Origin: a virus
Lineage: Duplodnaviria > Caudoviricetes
IMG/VR virus record: IMGVR_UViG_3300013094_000053
Location: 1 to 58,414 of that record
Length of the DNA: 58,414 nt
Reading direction: 5' to 3' (one strand)
Under the pieces are notes generated by a model that was not told the origin of the DNA, ran no database searches, and saw only the letters and a program-made list of their open reading frames with translations. This document shows, piece after piece, positions 1-8,543 of this stretch. The translations under genes and the position numbers were made by a program. Each line of letters opens with the position of its first letter. Position 1 is the stretch's first letter.

Positions 1-1252
1 TTCTCCTTCAACAACTAGATATACTGTTCCTCTTTCTACAACAGGAAACTCTTTAATATTTACAACTTCAGGTGCTACAACTATTACTCTTCCGACCTCT
101 GGAACAATGATTACTTCATCATCTCCAACTATTACAACTCCAACTATTGATGTTATAAATGCTGCATCAGCAACAGGAACTACTGCTACATTATTCACAA
201 ATATATCTACAGGTTCTATTAATATTGGCGGATCTGCTTTAACTACAGGTACAATAAATATTGGTGTGGCGGGAACAGGCATAAACCCTATTGTAATTGG
301 AAAATCTACCTCAACCATCACTCTTGGAGCACTCCCTACAGCTGGATTTGTTAAAACCTCTGCAACTGGATTACTTTCAGTAGATACAAATACATATTTA
401 ACTACAACTGCAGCGGGAACAACATATTCTCCAATTGCAGGATCAGCCTCTATAACAACAGTCGGAACCGTAACTGCAGGATCAATTCCAGCAGCCAACC
501 TATCGGGTACAACATTAGCATCTGGAATTACTAGCTCATCTTTGACTTCTGTAGGAACTTTGAGTACTGTTAGCATGACTGGTGGTACGACAGGTTCATC
601 TGCTTTAACAATAAGCACAAATAACACATACGGAGGTGCAGGATATGCAGGATTCTTGACAGCGACAAATACAACTATCGGAGCTACAAACGCAAATAAA
701 TTTTTTAGAATAAACAGCACTGGTGGATTTGAAATAATAAATAGTGCCTACACTACAGTATTGTTTACTTTAACAGATGCAGGATTAGTGTCATCTTATG
801 GAGGATTTAGTGGAAGTGGAGCTTCTCTTACATCTCTAACAGCTGCAAATATAGCAGCAGGAACACTAGGATCAACAGTTCTGCCAGCAGCAGGAACAGT
901 TACAACTGCAGGACAAATTGGTTATATGGGGTTGCCACAAAATCTAAATCCAGGTGCTTATACAATTACAGCAGCAGATAATGGAAAACATTTGTATTAC
1001 ACTACAACTGGACAGACTGTTACAATTCCAGCTGCAGCTACTTTAGCATTACCTATTGGATTTACCTTTGTTGTAATAAATGCAGCAGCAGTTACAACAT
1101 CTATTGCTATTACAACAGATACAATGTATTTAGCTGGAACAGGAGCAACAGGAACAAGAACTTTGGCTGCATATGGTATGGCTACAGTAGTTAAGGTAGC
1201 AGGACCTACATCTGCTGGTGTCTGGATGATCAGCGGAAACGGTTTAACATAA
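1..1252 (+). CDS. Fibre/adhesin-like virion protein, 5'-truncated by the window
   Basis: Frame is open from base 2 into the listed ORF (107..1252); T/G/S/A-rich beta-repeat composition; C-terminal module GYMGLPQN..YTITAADNGKH..RTLAAYGMAT..WMISGNGLT resembles C-termini of aquatic phage fibre proteins. Confidence 0.65.
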   Translation, partial: SPSTTRYTVPLSTTGNSLIFTTSGATTITLPTSGTMITSSSPTITTPTIDVINAASATGTTATLFTNISTGSINIGGSALTTGTINIGVAGTGINPIVIGKSTSTITLGALPTAGFVKTSATGLLSVDTNTYLTTTAAGTTYSPIAGSASITTVGTVTAGSIPAANLSGTTLASGITSSSLTSVGTLSTVSMTGGTTGSSALTISTNNTYGGAGYAGFLTATNTTIGATNANKFFRINSTGGFEIINSAYTTVLFTLTDAGLVSSYGGFSGSGASLTSLTAANIAAGTLGSTVLPAAGTVTTAGQIGYMGLPQNLNPGAYTITAADNGKHLYYTTTGQTVTIPAAATLALPIGFTFVVINAAAVTTSIAITTDTMYLAGTGATGTRTLAAYGMATVVKVAGPTSAGVWMISGNGLT

Positions 1253-1253
1253 T

Positions 1254-1955
1254 ATGTCTGGTATTACATCTAATTTGGCAGGTAATACATTAGGTGTACC
1301 ATCAGCACCAGCTACTGCTACTGCAACAGTAAACAGTACAACTCAAGTTACTATTACTTATGGCGTTATAAATAATAATGGTTCTACCCTCTTGCCCTTA
1401 GTTGGGTCGGGAACAGATACTGGAGATATAACAGATTCAACAGGAACTGCCGTAAATTTAACATATTCAGGAACATTATCCACTGCTGGTGGATCAATAC
1501 CAGTAACTGGTTCTTTTGTAATTGGAAATACTTATACTTTTAATATTAGAGCAAGAAATGCTGCAGGAGTAGGTCCATATAAAACTACTACTGGAGTTAT
1601 ACCAAACCCAACTCCACCTCCTGTATTGCCACCTCCTGTATTGCCACCTCCTGTATTGCCACCTCCTGTATTGCCACCACCAGTGGTTCCTCCAGTAGTT
1701 CCACCTGTGGTTCCACCTGTGGTTCCACCAGTATTACCACCACCAGTCGCTCCGCCTCCAAAATTGCCACCAAGCATCCCAGTTACTCCACCTCCACCTG
1801 TGCATCCACCAGTGGCACCACCACCAGTGGCACCACCACCAAAATTGCCACCAAGAGTCCCAGTTACTCCACCTACTGTACCAGCACTTCCTACAGTACC
1901 AGCAGTACCAACTGCTATACCTCAGCAGAAATCTCCAGATTGGTGGAAAGAATAG
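1254..1955 (+). CDS. Fibronectin-III-like domain protein with extensin-like Pro-rich C-terminal tail
   Basis: PSAP...YTFNIRARNAAGVGP fits an FN3 pattern; C-terminal half is PPPVL/PPVV/PPPKLPP repeats ending QQKSPDWWKE; starts 1 nt after the upstream stop. Confidence 0.7.
   Translation: MSGITSNLAGNTLGVPSAPATATATVNSTTQVTITYGVINNNGSTLLPLVGSGTDTGDITDSTGTAVNLTYSGTLSTAGGSIPVTGSFVIGNTYTFNIRARNAAGVGPYKTTTGVIPNPTPPPVLPPPVLPPPVLPPPVLPPPVVPPVVPPVVPPVVPPVLPPPVAPPPKLPPSIPVTPPPPVHPPVAPPPVAPPPKLPPRVPVTPPTVPALPTVPAVPTAIPQQKSPDWWKE
1614..1673 (+). repeat. Tandem 15-bp repeat (ccacctcctgtattg)x4 encoding PPPVL
   Basis: Four exact copies read directly. Confidence 0.95.
1712..1930 (+). repeat. Dispersed repeat copy A (partner 37065..37202)
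   Basis: 1712..1793 matches 37065..37146 at 81/82 nt; 1858..1930 matches 37130..37202 at 73/73 nt; copy A has an extra 81 nt. Confidence 0.95.
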
Positions 1956-1984
1956 TACTAAGAGTGCCTGCACTCTTAGTACTA
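1953..1984 (+). terminator. Perfect 14-bp inverted repeat overlapping the stop codon, likely terminator or processing hairpin
   Basis: tagtactaagagtg-cctg-cactcttagtacta; no U tract. Confidence 0.65.
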
Positions 1985-2005
1985 CTAGATTAAATAATAA
2001 AAAAC

Positions 2006-2014
2006 TGATATAAT
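2006..2014 (+). promoter_or_regulatory. Extended -10 promoter for the oxygenase cluster
   Basis: TGATATAAT in the intergenic gap, followed by an AAGGGG SD-like tract and ATG 2038. Confidence 0.65.
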
Positions 2015-2037
2015 TGAAGAAAAGGGGTAATATTTAA

Positions 2038-2796
2038 ATGCCAACAAAAGCAGATGACAGTCCAAATATAAAATGGCACCTTCCAGCTGTAAAAGAGCCA
2101 AAGAAGGTAGACAATATGTTTTCTGATGATATTTTTAAAAGAATAAAAGACACAGTAACCAGTATCCCATGGGGACCAGGCGGGGAATATTTTTATCATA
2201 CATCCCTAGGTAGATGGGAAGCTAACATAGAATTTGATCCAGACATTGAAGAGATTATGCTGCAAAGAGCAAGAGAAATCTATCAAGATGATACTCTTGT
2301 AAAATCATTTCATTATACATCAAGATACCAAAAACAAAATGGCAATATTCCACATCTATGGAAGCATATGGATCAACATGCATGCCAACATTCAATTGAT
2401 ATGTGTATTGAAAAGAATAATGTTGACTGGGGCATTGAAGTTGATGGTACTCTTTTTTCAGAAGCAGAAAATTCAGCAATTTGTTTTTATGGGCAGCAGC
2501 AAGTTCACTCTAGACCAGAATATCCACAGAATACAACAGATGATGATTATTTAACATTGTTGTTTTTACATTTTGTAAAGCCAGACCATTGGTACAATCT
2601 CGCTATGGAAAGGGGCGGACTAGAATTGGTAGCAGAGACATTCAGACAATATGGAGCGGACGCAGATGTTAGATACTTTGAGGCAACGGGAACATACGCT
2701 CAGCCACAAGTTCCTGCGGGACAACAAAGATGTGAATGTCATAGTTATGCAGAAGTACCAGATGTAGTTCAATCTATAATACAGGGGAACAAGTAA
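2038..2796 (+). CDS. 2OG-Fe(II) oxygenase-like protein (paralog of next gene)
   Basis: HxD (HMD) and distal H (HSR); shares AC..S/TIDMC, YG..QVH.R and HFV.PDHW blocks with 2797..3414. Confidence 0.7.
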   Translation: MPTKADDSPNIKWHLPAVKEPKKVDNMFSDDIFKRIKDTVTSIPWGPGGEYFYHTSLGRWEANIEFDPDIEEIMLQRAREIYQDDTLVKSFHYTSRYQKQNGNIPHLWKHMDQHACQHSIDMCIEKNNVDWGIEVDGTLFSEAENSAICFYGQQQVHSRPEYPQNTTDDDYLTLLFLHFVKPDHWYNLAMERGGLELVAETFRQYGADADVRYFEATGTYAQPQVPAGQQRCECHSYAEVPDVVQSIIQGNK

Positions 2797-3414
2797 ATGT
2801 ACAATAGAGATTCATCTGAAATAGATAAAGAATTTGGGTTTGAAAGAAAGTATAAAGACGTAGAGCCAATCAAGATAAATGATTTGCTTCCACCAGACAA
2901 ATATCAATATTTACTAAATCATCTAAAAGAAAAAGTTGAAAATAAACAATACAACTATGAAGATGATATGTATAGAAAAGTTGCAAATTCATCAGTTCTA
3001 GATGAAATAACTGAGTATTTATTGCCAGTAGCACGAAAGGTATTTAATAGCGAGACACTTGTTCCAAGCTATACACTATGGTCTGAATATGATAACTCTA
3101 GGTCAAATTTATTGCACCATCTTGATTCAAATGCTTGTACATACACAATAGATATGTGTGTCTATCAAGATAATGAATGGCCATTATGGGTAGAAAACAA
3201 AGAGTACCACCTAGAACCTAATACCGCCCTAGCTTATTATGGAGAAGATCAGGTACACTGGAGAGATGAGTTCGGTAAAGATGGGGTGGTTGCTATGATA
3301 TTTTTCCACTTTGTAGAACCAGATCATTGGTGGTTTAATTATACTGAAGAGTGGTATAAAAATGAACATGCTAAAAGATGCTGGAACTACCAGAAAGCCC
3401 TGGGACTTTTTTAA
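2797..3414 (+). CDS. 2OG-Fe(II) oxygenase-like protein
   Basis: HLD..AC.YTID, WPLWVE, YYGEDQVHWR: phage 2OG-Fe(II) oxygenase pattern. Confidence 0.75.
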   Translation: MYNRDSSEIDKEFGFERKYKDVEPIKINDLLPPDKYQYLLNHLKEKVENKQYNYEDDMYRKVANSSVLDEITEYLLPVARKVFNSETLVPSYTLWSEYDNSRSNLLHHLDSNACTYTIDMCVYQDNEWPLWVENKEYHLEPNTALAYYGEDQVHWRDEFGKDGVVAMIFFHFVEPDHWWFNYTEEWYKNEHAKRCWNYQKALGLF

Positions 3415-3431
3415 TATAGTAATTTAAAATT

Positions 3432-3440
3432 TGATATACT
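3432..3440 (+). promoter_or_regulatory. Extended -10 promoter
   Basis: TGATATACT in the 47-bp gap before ATG 3462. Confidence 0.55.
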
Positions 3441-3461
3441 AATTGTAAAGATAGGATTTAT

Positions 3462-4073
3462 ATGAATAGCAAAAGAGAAATAGCTCCAGGAATTATAGTT
3501 TATAATTTTGGCTCTATTGTTTCAAATTTAACAGTTGCTGAGATAGAAGAGGCAGTAGGAGAATTCCTTGCCCCAGCAGAAGTTGTAAATGTAGATAACG
3601 CCTTGGCGACGGAATTAATGAAACAATATAGGAGTTGTTATGACTATCTATTGCAGGATTATCTTCTTGATGAGCCAGATAGCCCAAAGAAGAACTTGCT
3701 TAAAAAGATTAAGTTGGTTGGGGACGAATCCCTTGAAGATTTTAGAAATCATTATGCTATAGAACCAGTTACTGGAAGTGGCTGGATCGTATTGAAGTAC
3801 GGGTACATGGACAAGTTTGACTGGCACACAGATACTGGAATGAGATATCCAAGAGCAGTTTCAATTACTGTTTATTTTAATGATGACTATGAAGGCGGAG
3901 AAATAGAATACAAACATTTTGGAATTTCTTATAAGCCAAAGGCTGGAGACGTTATTGTATTTTGTAGTGACTTTCCATATCTACATAGAGTTGTACCTGT
4001 TACAAAGGGTACTCGTTATGCAGCCGTAAATTGGTTCAGATATGCGACTAGGCCAGTAGAGTATAATGTTTAA
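3462..4073 (+). CDS. Prolyl-4-hydroxylase-like 2OG-Fe(II) oxygenase
   Basis: WHTD, YFNDDYEGGE, KPKAGD, HRVVPVTKGTRY. Confidence 0.85.
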   Translation: MNSKREIAPGIIVYNFGSIVSNLTVAEIEEAVGEFLAPAEVVNVDNALATELMKQYRSCYDYLLQDYLLDEPDSPKKNLLKKIKLVGDESLEDFRNHYAIEPVTGSGWIVLKYGYMDKFDWHTDTGMRYPRAVSITVYFNDDYEGGEIEYKHFGISYKPKAGDVIVFCSDFPYLHRVVPVTKGTRYAAVNWFRYATRPVEYNV

Positions 4074-4620
4074 TCCAGTTGTTGTAGAGGATATAATCAG
4101 CAAAGAAGAGAATGATCTTCTATTAAACTTTGCAAGAAGTACTGATCGCTGGGGTTCTGGCGGTGATGATTTTTGGGAGAGCCGTGTTGTTCACTTTGGA
4201 TCAGATCCACTTGACATGCCAGAGAAAGCCTTGCTTTCAGAAATAAGAAAAAGAATTCAAAAAGTAATTATTGATCATTATAATCTAGATCATATCTATT
4301 CAGACGGGATACATATGGTTAGATGGTTTGATGGAATGGAGCAACCTCCACATTGCGACAATATGGAGAATGATGACATTCATTTTGAAAATTATAAGCA
4401 TAGATTGTATGGCTCTATTCTATATTTAAATGATGATTTTGATGGTGGAGAAACATACTATCCAAAAAATGATTTTTATATTAAGCCAAAAGCTGGCAAA
4501 GTTGCAATCCATCCAGGCGATGCCGAGCATTGGCATGGGGTAACTAAAATTTCTGGCGGGACTAGATATACCTTAGCATCGTTCTGGACAGCAGAGGATA
4601 GGCATGCTAACGAGTGGTAA
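4066..4620 (+). CDS. Prolyl-hydroxylase-like 2OG-Fe(II) oxygenase
   Basis: PHCD, YLNDDFDGGE, KPKAG, HGVTKISGGTRY. Confidence 0.85.
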   Translation: MFNPVVVEDIISKEENDLLLNFARSTDRWGSGGDDFWESRVVHFGSDPLDMPEKALLSEIRKRIQKVIIDHYNLDHIYSDGIHMVRWFDGMEQPPHCDNMENDDIHFENYKHRLYGSILYLNDDFDGGETYYPKNDFYIKPKAGKVAIHPGDAEHWHGVTKISGGTRYTLASFWTAEDRHANEW

Positions 4621-5389
4621 TTATATTAATGAAGGCGATAATGTAATACCAGATGATAGAATTGTTGTTGTTCCACACGCACTAGATGGGGACGGAGCAT
4701 ATAAAGAAACAATCTGTGATTTAAGGGGAAACCCAAAGAGGGACTGGTTTAACGCACACTTTTATTACTGCTTGCCATTAAATATAGGCAATCAGTATGG
4801 ATTTGCAATCAGATCTATGTATGACATAACTGCTATCTGGCACGGTGGTCCAAATTATGAATCTCTAGAGTTTTCTGTGGATGGCCCACAAAATGGAAAT
4901 GTTCAATCCGTAGTATCTTCTTTTGGCTCTGGCATTATAACTATTCAAAATGGTTATACTCTAAGAACTCCTCCAGGAATTAATTTAATGACTATGCAAG
5001 TGCCAAATTATTTTATTCCAAATGTGATGGCTATGACAGGTGTTGTTGAAAGTGATAACTTAAGAAGAGACTTTACATTTAATCTTAAAATCACTGAGGT
5101 TGACAAAGAAATCCATATTAAAAAGGGAGATCTACTTGCAGCCTTCATGCCTATCCCAAGACATTTTATAGATAAGTTTAATATTGAATTGGCTAGTGAT
5201 ATGTTTAGTGAAGAAACTTTGATAAAAGAACATTCAGATAGATGCGAGTTTGATAAGCAAAGAAACGGAACTGATAAGGATAAGCCACATCAGTCTGGAA
5301 GAAAGTATTTTAATGGAGAGCATGCTCATGGGGATAAATACCCAGACCATCAAAAGCGGTTGGACTTCACATCTTCCCAAAGTGAATAA
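4604..5389 (+). CDS. DUF6065-like protein
   Basis: RDWF..HFYYCLPLNIGNQYG, GSGIIT, LRTPPG.NL, GVVESD, FTFNLK motifs recalled from this family. Confidence 0.6.
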   Translation: MLTSGNYINEGDNVIPDDRIVVVPHALDGDGAYKETICDLRGNPKRDWFNAHFYYCLPLNIGNQYGFAIRSMYDITAIWHGGPNYESLEFSVDGPQNGNVQSVVSSFGSGIITIQNGYTLRTPPGINLMTMQVPNYFIPNVMAMTGVVESDNLRRDFTFNLKITEVDKEIHIKKGDLLAAFMPIPRHFIDKFNIELASDMFSEETLIKEHSDRCEFDKQRNGTDKDKPHQSGRKYFNGEHAHGDKYPDHQKRLDFTSSQSE

Positions 5390-6165
5390 TCTATTTGATT
5401 AAACTCTTCTATTCTTTTTAGATTTTGTTGACTGAGGTTACTAAAGAATTCTTTGGTAGCCTCATTTACATTATGCTTTTCTATATTTGGATTGATTACA
5501 TTTAAATCAAGATAATCATTTATAAATTCTATAATTTTATTCATATCATTATTAATTGTTTCTGTACGAGCAACTACAGCCATTTTTTCAAGCATAGATT
5601 CTGCTTGTTGTAATGTCACTTCTGTATTGTCTACGCCCCAACCTATTTTGTATACTTTTGCATGGTCTATTCTTGGACTTAATTCTTCAAGATCTCCACG
5701 ATAGATTGGGTAATTATTTTTAATAACATTTTGATCAAGTTTATTAACAAGAAACTTTGCTTGGAAGTTTGATTTAATATGCATATCTTCTTCATTATTA
5801 ATCCATATATCAAAAAACTTTAATCGGTCATCCATATCCTCTTTTTTGTATTTGTCAAAATACTTTTCATACTCAAGAAACCACCAAAAATGACTAACGA
5901 TTCTTCTGGCGGGATTTCTGATTACAGTTATCCCCAGAGTATTGGGGTTTATATAGTAAGGGTCAGCTGCATAGTGACCATTTATAAAAGATGCACGAGA
6001 TATCTCATCCTCATCTAGCAAGTTAATTATATGATTTCTATCTTGATGGTATATCAAGCCTTTTTTCTGTATCTGATCTTTCAAGCCACCATGATTTAAG
6101 CTTGTAAAGGTTAAGGCCCCAGCAGTTTTTGGTATGTGATGGAAATATAATGATTTTTCATTCAT
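5350..6165 (-). CDS. Sulfotransferase family protein
   Basis: 5'-PSB-like FHHIPKTAG, GH, 3'-PB-like IRNPARRIVSHF, C-terminal N..D..LW. Confidence 0.8.
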   Translation of the reverse strand: MNEKSLYFHHIPKTAGALTFTSLNHGGLKDQIQKKGLIYHQDRNHIINLLDEDEISRASFINGHYAADPYYINPNTLGITVIRNPARRIVSHFWWFLEYEKYFDKYKKEDMDDRLKFFDIWINNEEDMHIKSNFQAKFLVNKLDQNVIKNNYPIYRGDLEELSPRIDHAKVYKIGWGVDNTEVTLQQAESMLEKMAVVARTETINNDMNKIIEFINDYLDLNVINPNIEKHNVNEATKEFFSNLSQQNLKRIEEFNQIDYSLWEDVKSNRF

Positions 6166-6171
6166 ACATAT

Positions 6172-6177
6172 ATTATA
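6172..6177 (-). promoter_or_regulatory. -10 element (TATAAT on minus strand) 6 nt before the sulfotransferase ATG; predicted leaderless
   Basis: ATTATA at 6172..6177, CAT at 6163..6165, no SD. Confidence 0.55.
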
Positions 6178-6186
6178 TGATACAAT
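6178..6186 (+). promoter_or_regulatory. Extended -10 promoter, back-to-back with the minus-strand promoter
   Basis: TGATACAAT before ATG 6212. Confidence 0.5.
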
Positions 6187-6211
6187 TTGTATATCACAAA
6201 GGTGCCAATAA

Positions 6212-7012
6212 ATGACGGAAGAATATGAAAGTTTTTATAGATTCCCAGACGAAAAGATTGTAGTAACTGGGCCAGAATTTGAGTATAAGCTAAACAAAGA
6301 TGGATTCCGAACAAAAAACTTTGAAAGACTAAATAGTAATACATATAATTTTTTGTATTCAGGATGCTCTTACACATTTGGAGAAGGAATTCCAGAAGAG
6401 TATATGTGGACAAATTTATTATCAAATAAATTAAAGGGTTCATTTGCTAAAGAAGTCAAAGACTATAATATATCTAAACGTGGTCTCTCAATCCATGCAA
6501 TAGTAAGAGGAGTATTTTCCTTTTGTGAGAAATACGGGGACCCAGATCTAATTGTACTATTCCTGCCAAATATAGCAAGGTCTATACATTATAATTCAGA
6601 AACTAAAGAGTATGAAGATTTGTGTATTCCAGATACTCTAGACGGAGTAAAGCCACATAGAAAAGATATTCAATATGTTAAATCATTTTGCTACGAAGAC
6701 CACAAGCTTTTGGCATTTGATATGCTTAAATTCCTAGAAAAATATTGTGAACTGAAGGGTATAAAATTAATATACTCATCTTGGTTGTATAGAGAAAGAT
6801 ACTTATATGAGGAATCAGATTTAAAAAATCATTATCAGGTCAATATTGGTCCCCATATTCCAGTTGATAAGGAATTAGCAGAATTAGAAAATACTAATAA
6901 CGATCCCTACTGGTCTGTAGCAAGAGATGGATTGCATCCAGGAACTTTTGCAAATAAGAAGGTTTCTGAAGAATTCTTTAAAATAATAATAAAAGAGATT
7001 GGTGAAAAGTAA
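6212..7012 (+). CDS. SGNH/GDSL-like protein
   Basis: LNKDGFR, SGCSYTFGEG (block I Ser), RDGLHPG (DxxH). Confidence 0.6.
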   Translation: MTEEYESFYRFPDEKIVVTGPEFEYKLNKDGFRTKNFERLNSNTYNFLYSGCSYTFGEGIPEEYMWTNLLSNKLKGSFAKEVKDYNISKRGLSIHAIVRGVFSFCEKYGDPDLIVLFLPNIARSIHYNSETKEYEDLCIPDTLDGVKPHRKDIQYVKSFCYEDHKLLAFDMLKFLEKYCELKGIKLIYSSWLYRERYLYEESDLKNHYQVNIGPHIPVDKELAELENTNNDPYWSVARDGLHPGTFANKKVSEEFFKIIIKEIGEK

Positions 7013-8445
7013 TGGTAATAATGGGAATCAGCGAGGGATTTCACGATGCATCAGTTTCTATCATAAGTGATGGAGAAATACTTTTTGCTGCACATGCGGA
7101 AAGATATAGTAAGTTAAAAAATGATCCGTCTCTAAACTATGATATATTAAAAGAGGCTGTAGAGTATGGGTATCCAGATCAAATTGCATACTATGAAAAA
7201 CCTTACTTGAAAAAAACCAGGTTGCTATTGCGTGGCGGGATAAAAGACACTGACCTGTATTATAAGAGAACAGCCTTATCAGAATTACCAGTAAAGCACA
7301 TAAGTCATCATAGATCACATGCAGCTGCTGGATACTATACTAGTAAATTTACTGATGCTACTATTGTGGTTTTAGATGCAATAGGAGAATTCAATACCTC
7401 AACCATATGGCAGGGTAAAGGAAATGATATAAAATTAATTTATAGGCAAAACTACCCAGTTTCATTTGGCCTGTTCTATTCAGCGTTTACAGATTTGCTA
7501 GGCTTAAAACCAAATCAAGAAGAATATATAATGATGGGTATGGCTGCGTATGGCAACCCAAACAAATACTTCAACAAGGTAAATGAATATTTTCCACACT
7601 ACTCTTCTCAAAAATATAATTTTCACAAAGGCATATTTGACTGGGGAAATATAATTGATGAGCAGGATAAATTTGATATAGCAGCAGCAGTGCAAATGGT
7701 TTATGAAAATAGATTAATGGAAATAATGCGTAAGGCTCAAATGACTGTAGGCTCTAAGAATCTTGTATTTATGGGTGGATGTGCGTTGAACTGTTCTGCC
7801 AATACAAAGTTGTGGGATATCTATAATGATATTTGGATTATGCCAAACCCAGGGGATGCGGGGAGTTCCCTAGGTGCTGCACTAGCATTATATGGAAAAC
7901 ATGTAAACTGGATAACTCCATATTTAGGCACAAATATTGGAAATGAATATCCAGTTCAAGATATAGTTGATAAATTGTTGGTTGATAAAATTGCTCCAGT
8001 CGCATCTGGAAGATCTGAATTTGGTCCGAGATCATTGGGGAATAGAAGTATTCTTGCTGACCCAAGAGATCCTAATATCAAAGACGTGGTAAATAAGATA
8101 AAACAAAGAGAATTGTTCAGGCCCTTCGCTCCTGTTGTTATGGAAGAGCATGCATCAGAATGGTTTGGTATGAGTTATGCCAGCCCATACATGCAATTTG
8201 CTCCATTATGCTTGAAGCCAGAATTAATCCCATCGGTAGTACATGCTGACGGGACATCTAGAGTTCAAACTGTAAATAAGGAACAGCACCCTGGCTTATA
8301 TCAAGTACTAGAGTCATGGTACAAGATAACTGGTGTGCCAGTATTGCTTAATACAAGTCTTAATATTAAAGGTCAACCCATACTTAATAATAAACGTGAT
8401 ATAATAAATTGGGAAAACGCTTATAAGGAAAAGATATTGAAATGA
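7012..8445 (+). CDS. Carbamoyltransferase (NodU/CmcH family)
   Basis: HDAS, ERYSK.KND, HHRSHAA, DAIGE, MGMAAYG, GGCALNC, EFGPRSLGNRSILADP, RPFAP, LNTSLN. Confidence 0.92.
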   Translation: MVIMGISEGFHDASVSIISDGEILFAAHAERYSKLKNDPSLNYDILKEAVEYGYPDQIAYYEKPYLKKTRLLLRGGIKDTDLYYKRTALSELPVKHISHHRSHAAAGYYTSKFTDATIVVLDAIGEFNTSTIWQGKGNDIKLIYRQNYPVSFGLFYSAFTDLLGLKPNQEEYIMMGMAAYGNPNKYFNKVNEYFPHYSSQKYNFHKGIFDWGNIIDEQDKFDIAAAVQMVYENRLMEIMRKAQMTVGSKNLVFMGGCALNCSANTKLWDIYNDIWIMPNPGDAGSSLGAALALYGKHVNWITPYLGTNIGNEYPVQDIVDKLLVDKIAPVASGRSEFGPRSLGNRSILADPRDPNIKDVVNKIKQRELFRPFAPVVMEEHASEWFGMSYASPYMQFAPLCLKPELIPSVVHADGTSRVQTVNKEQHPGLYQVLESWYKITGVPVLLNTSLNIKGQPILNNKRDIINWENAYKEKILK

Positions 8446-8534
8446 TTGGCTTTTTTTACAAAATCTACCTTATGATATTTCGTCGTGATATATATAATAA
8501 AATTAAAAAACATGGCGGACCTTATATATACTAA
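8442..8534 (+). CDS. 30-aa small protein coupled to the carbamoyltransferase (not in ORF track)
   Basis: ATGA overlap with the upstream stop; MIGFFYKIYLMIFRRDIYNKIKKHGGPYIY*; fills the gap to the next gene. Confidence 0.6.
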   Translation: MIGFFYKIYLMIFRRDIYNKIKKHGGPYIY

Positions 8535-8543
8535 AGGATATTT

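Noticed and set aside
1614-1730. CRISPR-like array (also 36958..37017)
   Set aside because: Direct tandem 12-15-bp units without spacers, in frame inside genes
1712-1955. Diversity-generating retroelement (TR/VR pair with 37065..37233)
   Set aside because: Both copies are coding, nearly identical, differences are mostly synonymous and not confined to adenines of one copy, and no reverse transcriptase is in the window
1532-1973. Gly-rich and Trp-rich minus-strand ORFs (also 36663..37130)
   Set aside because: Antisense shadows of Pro codon repeats with no start signals
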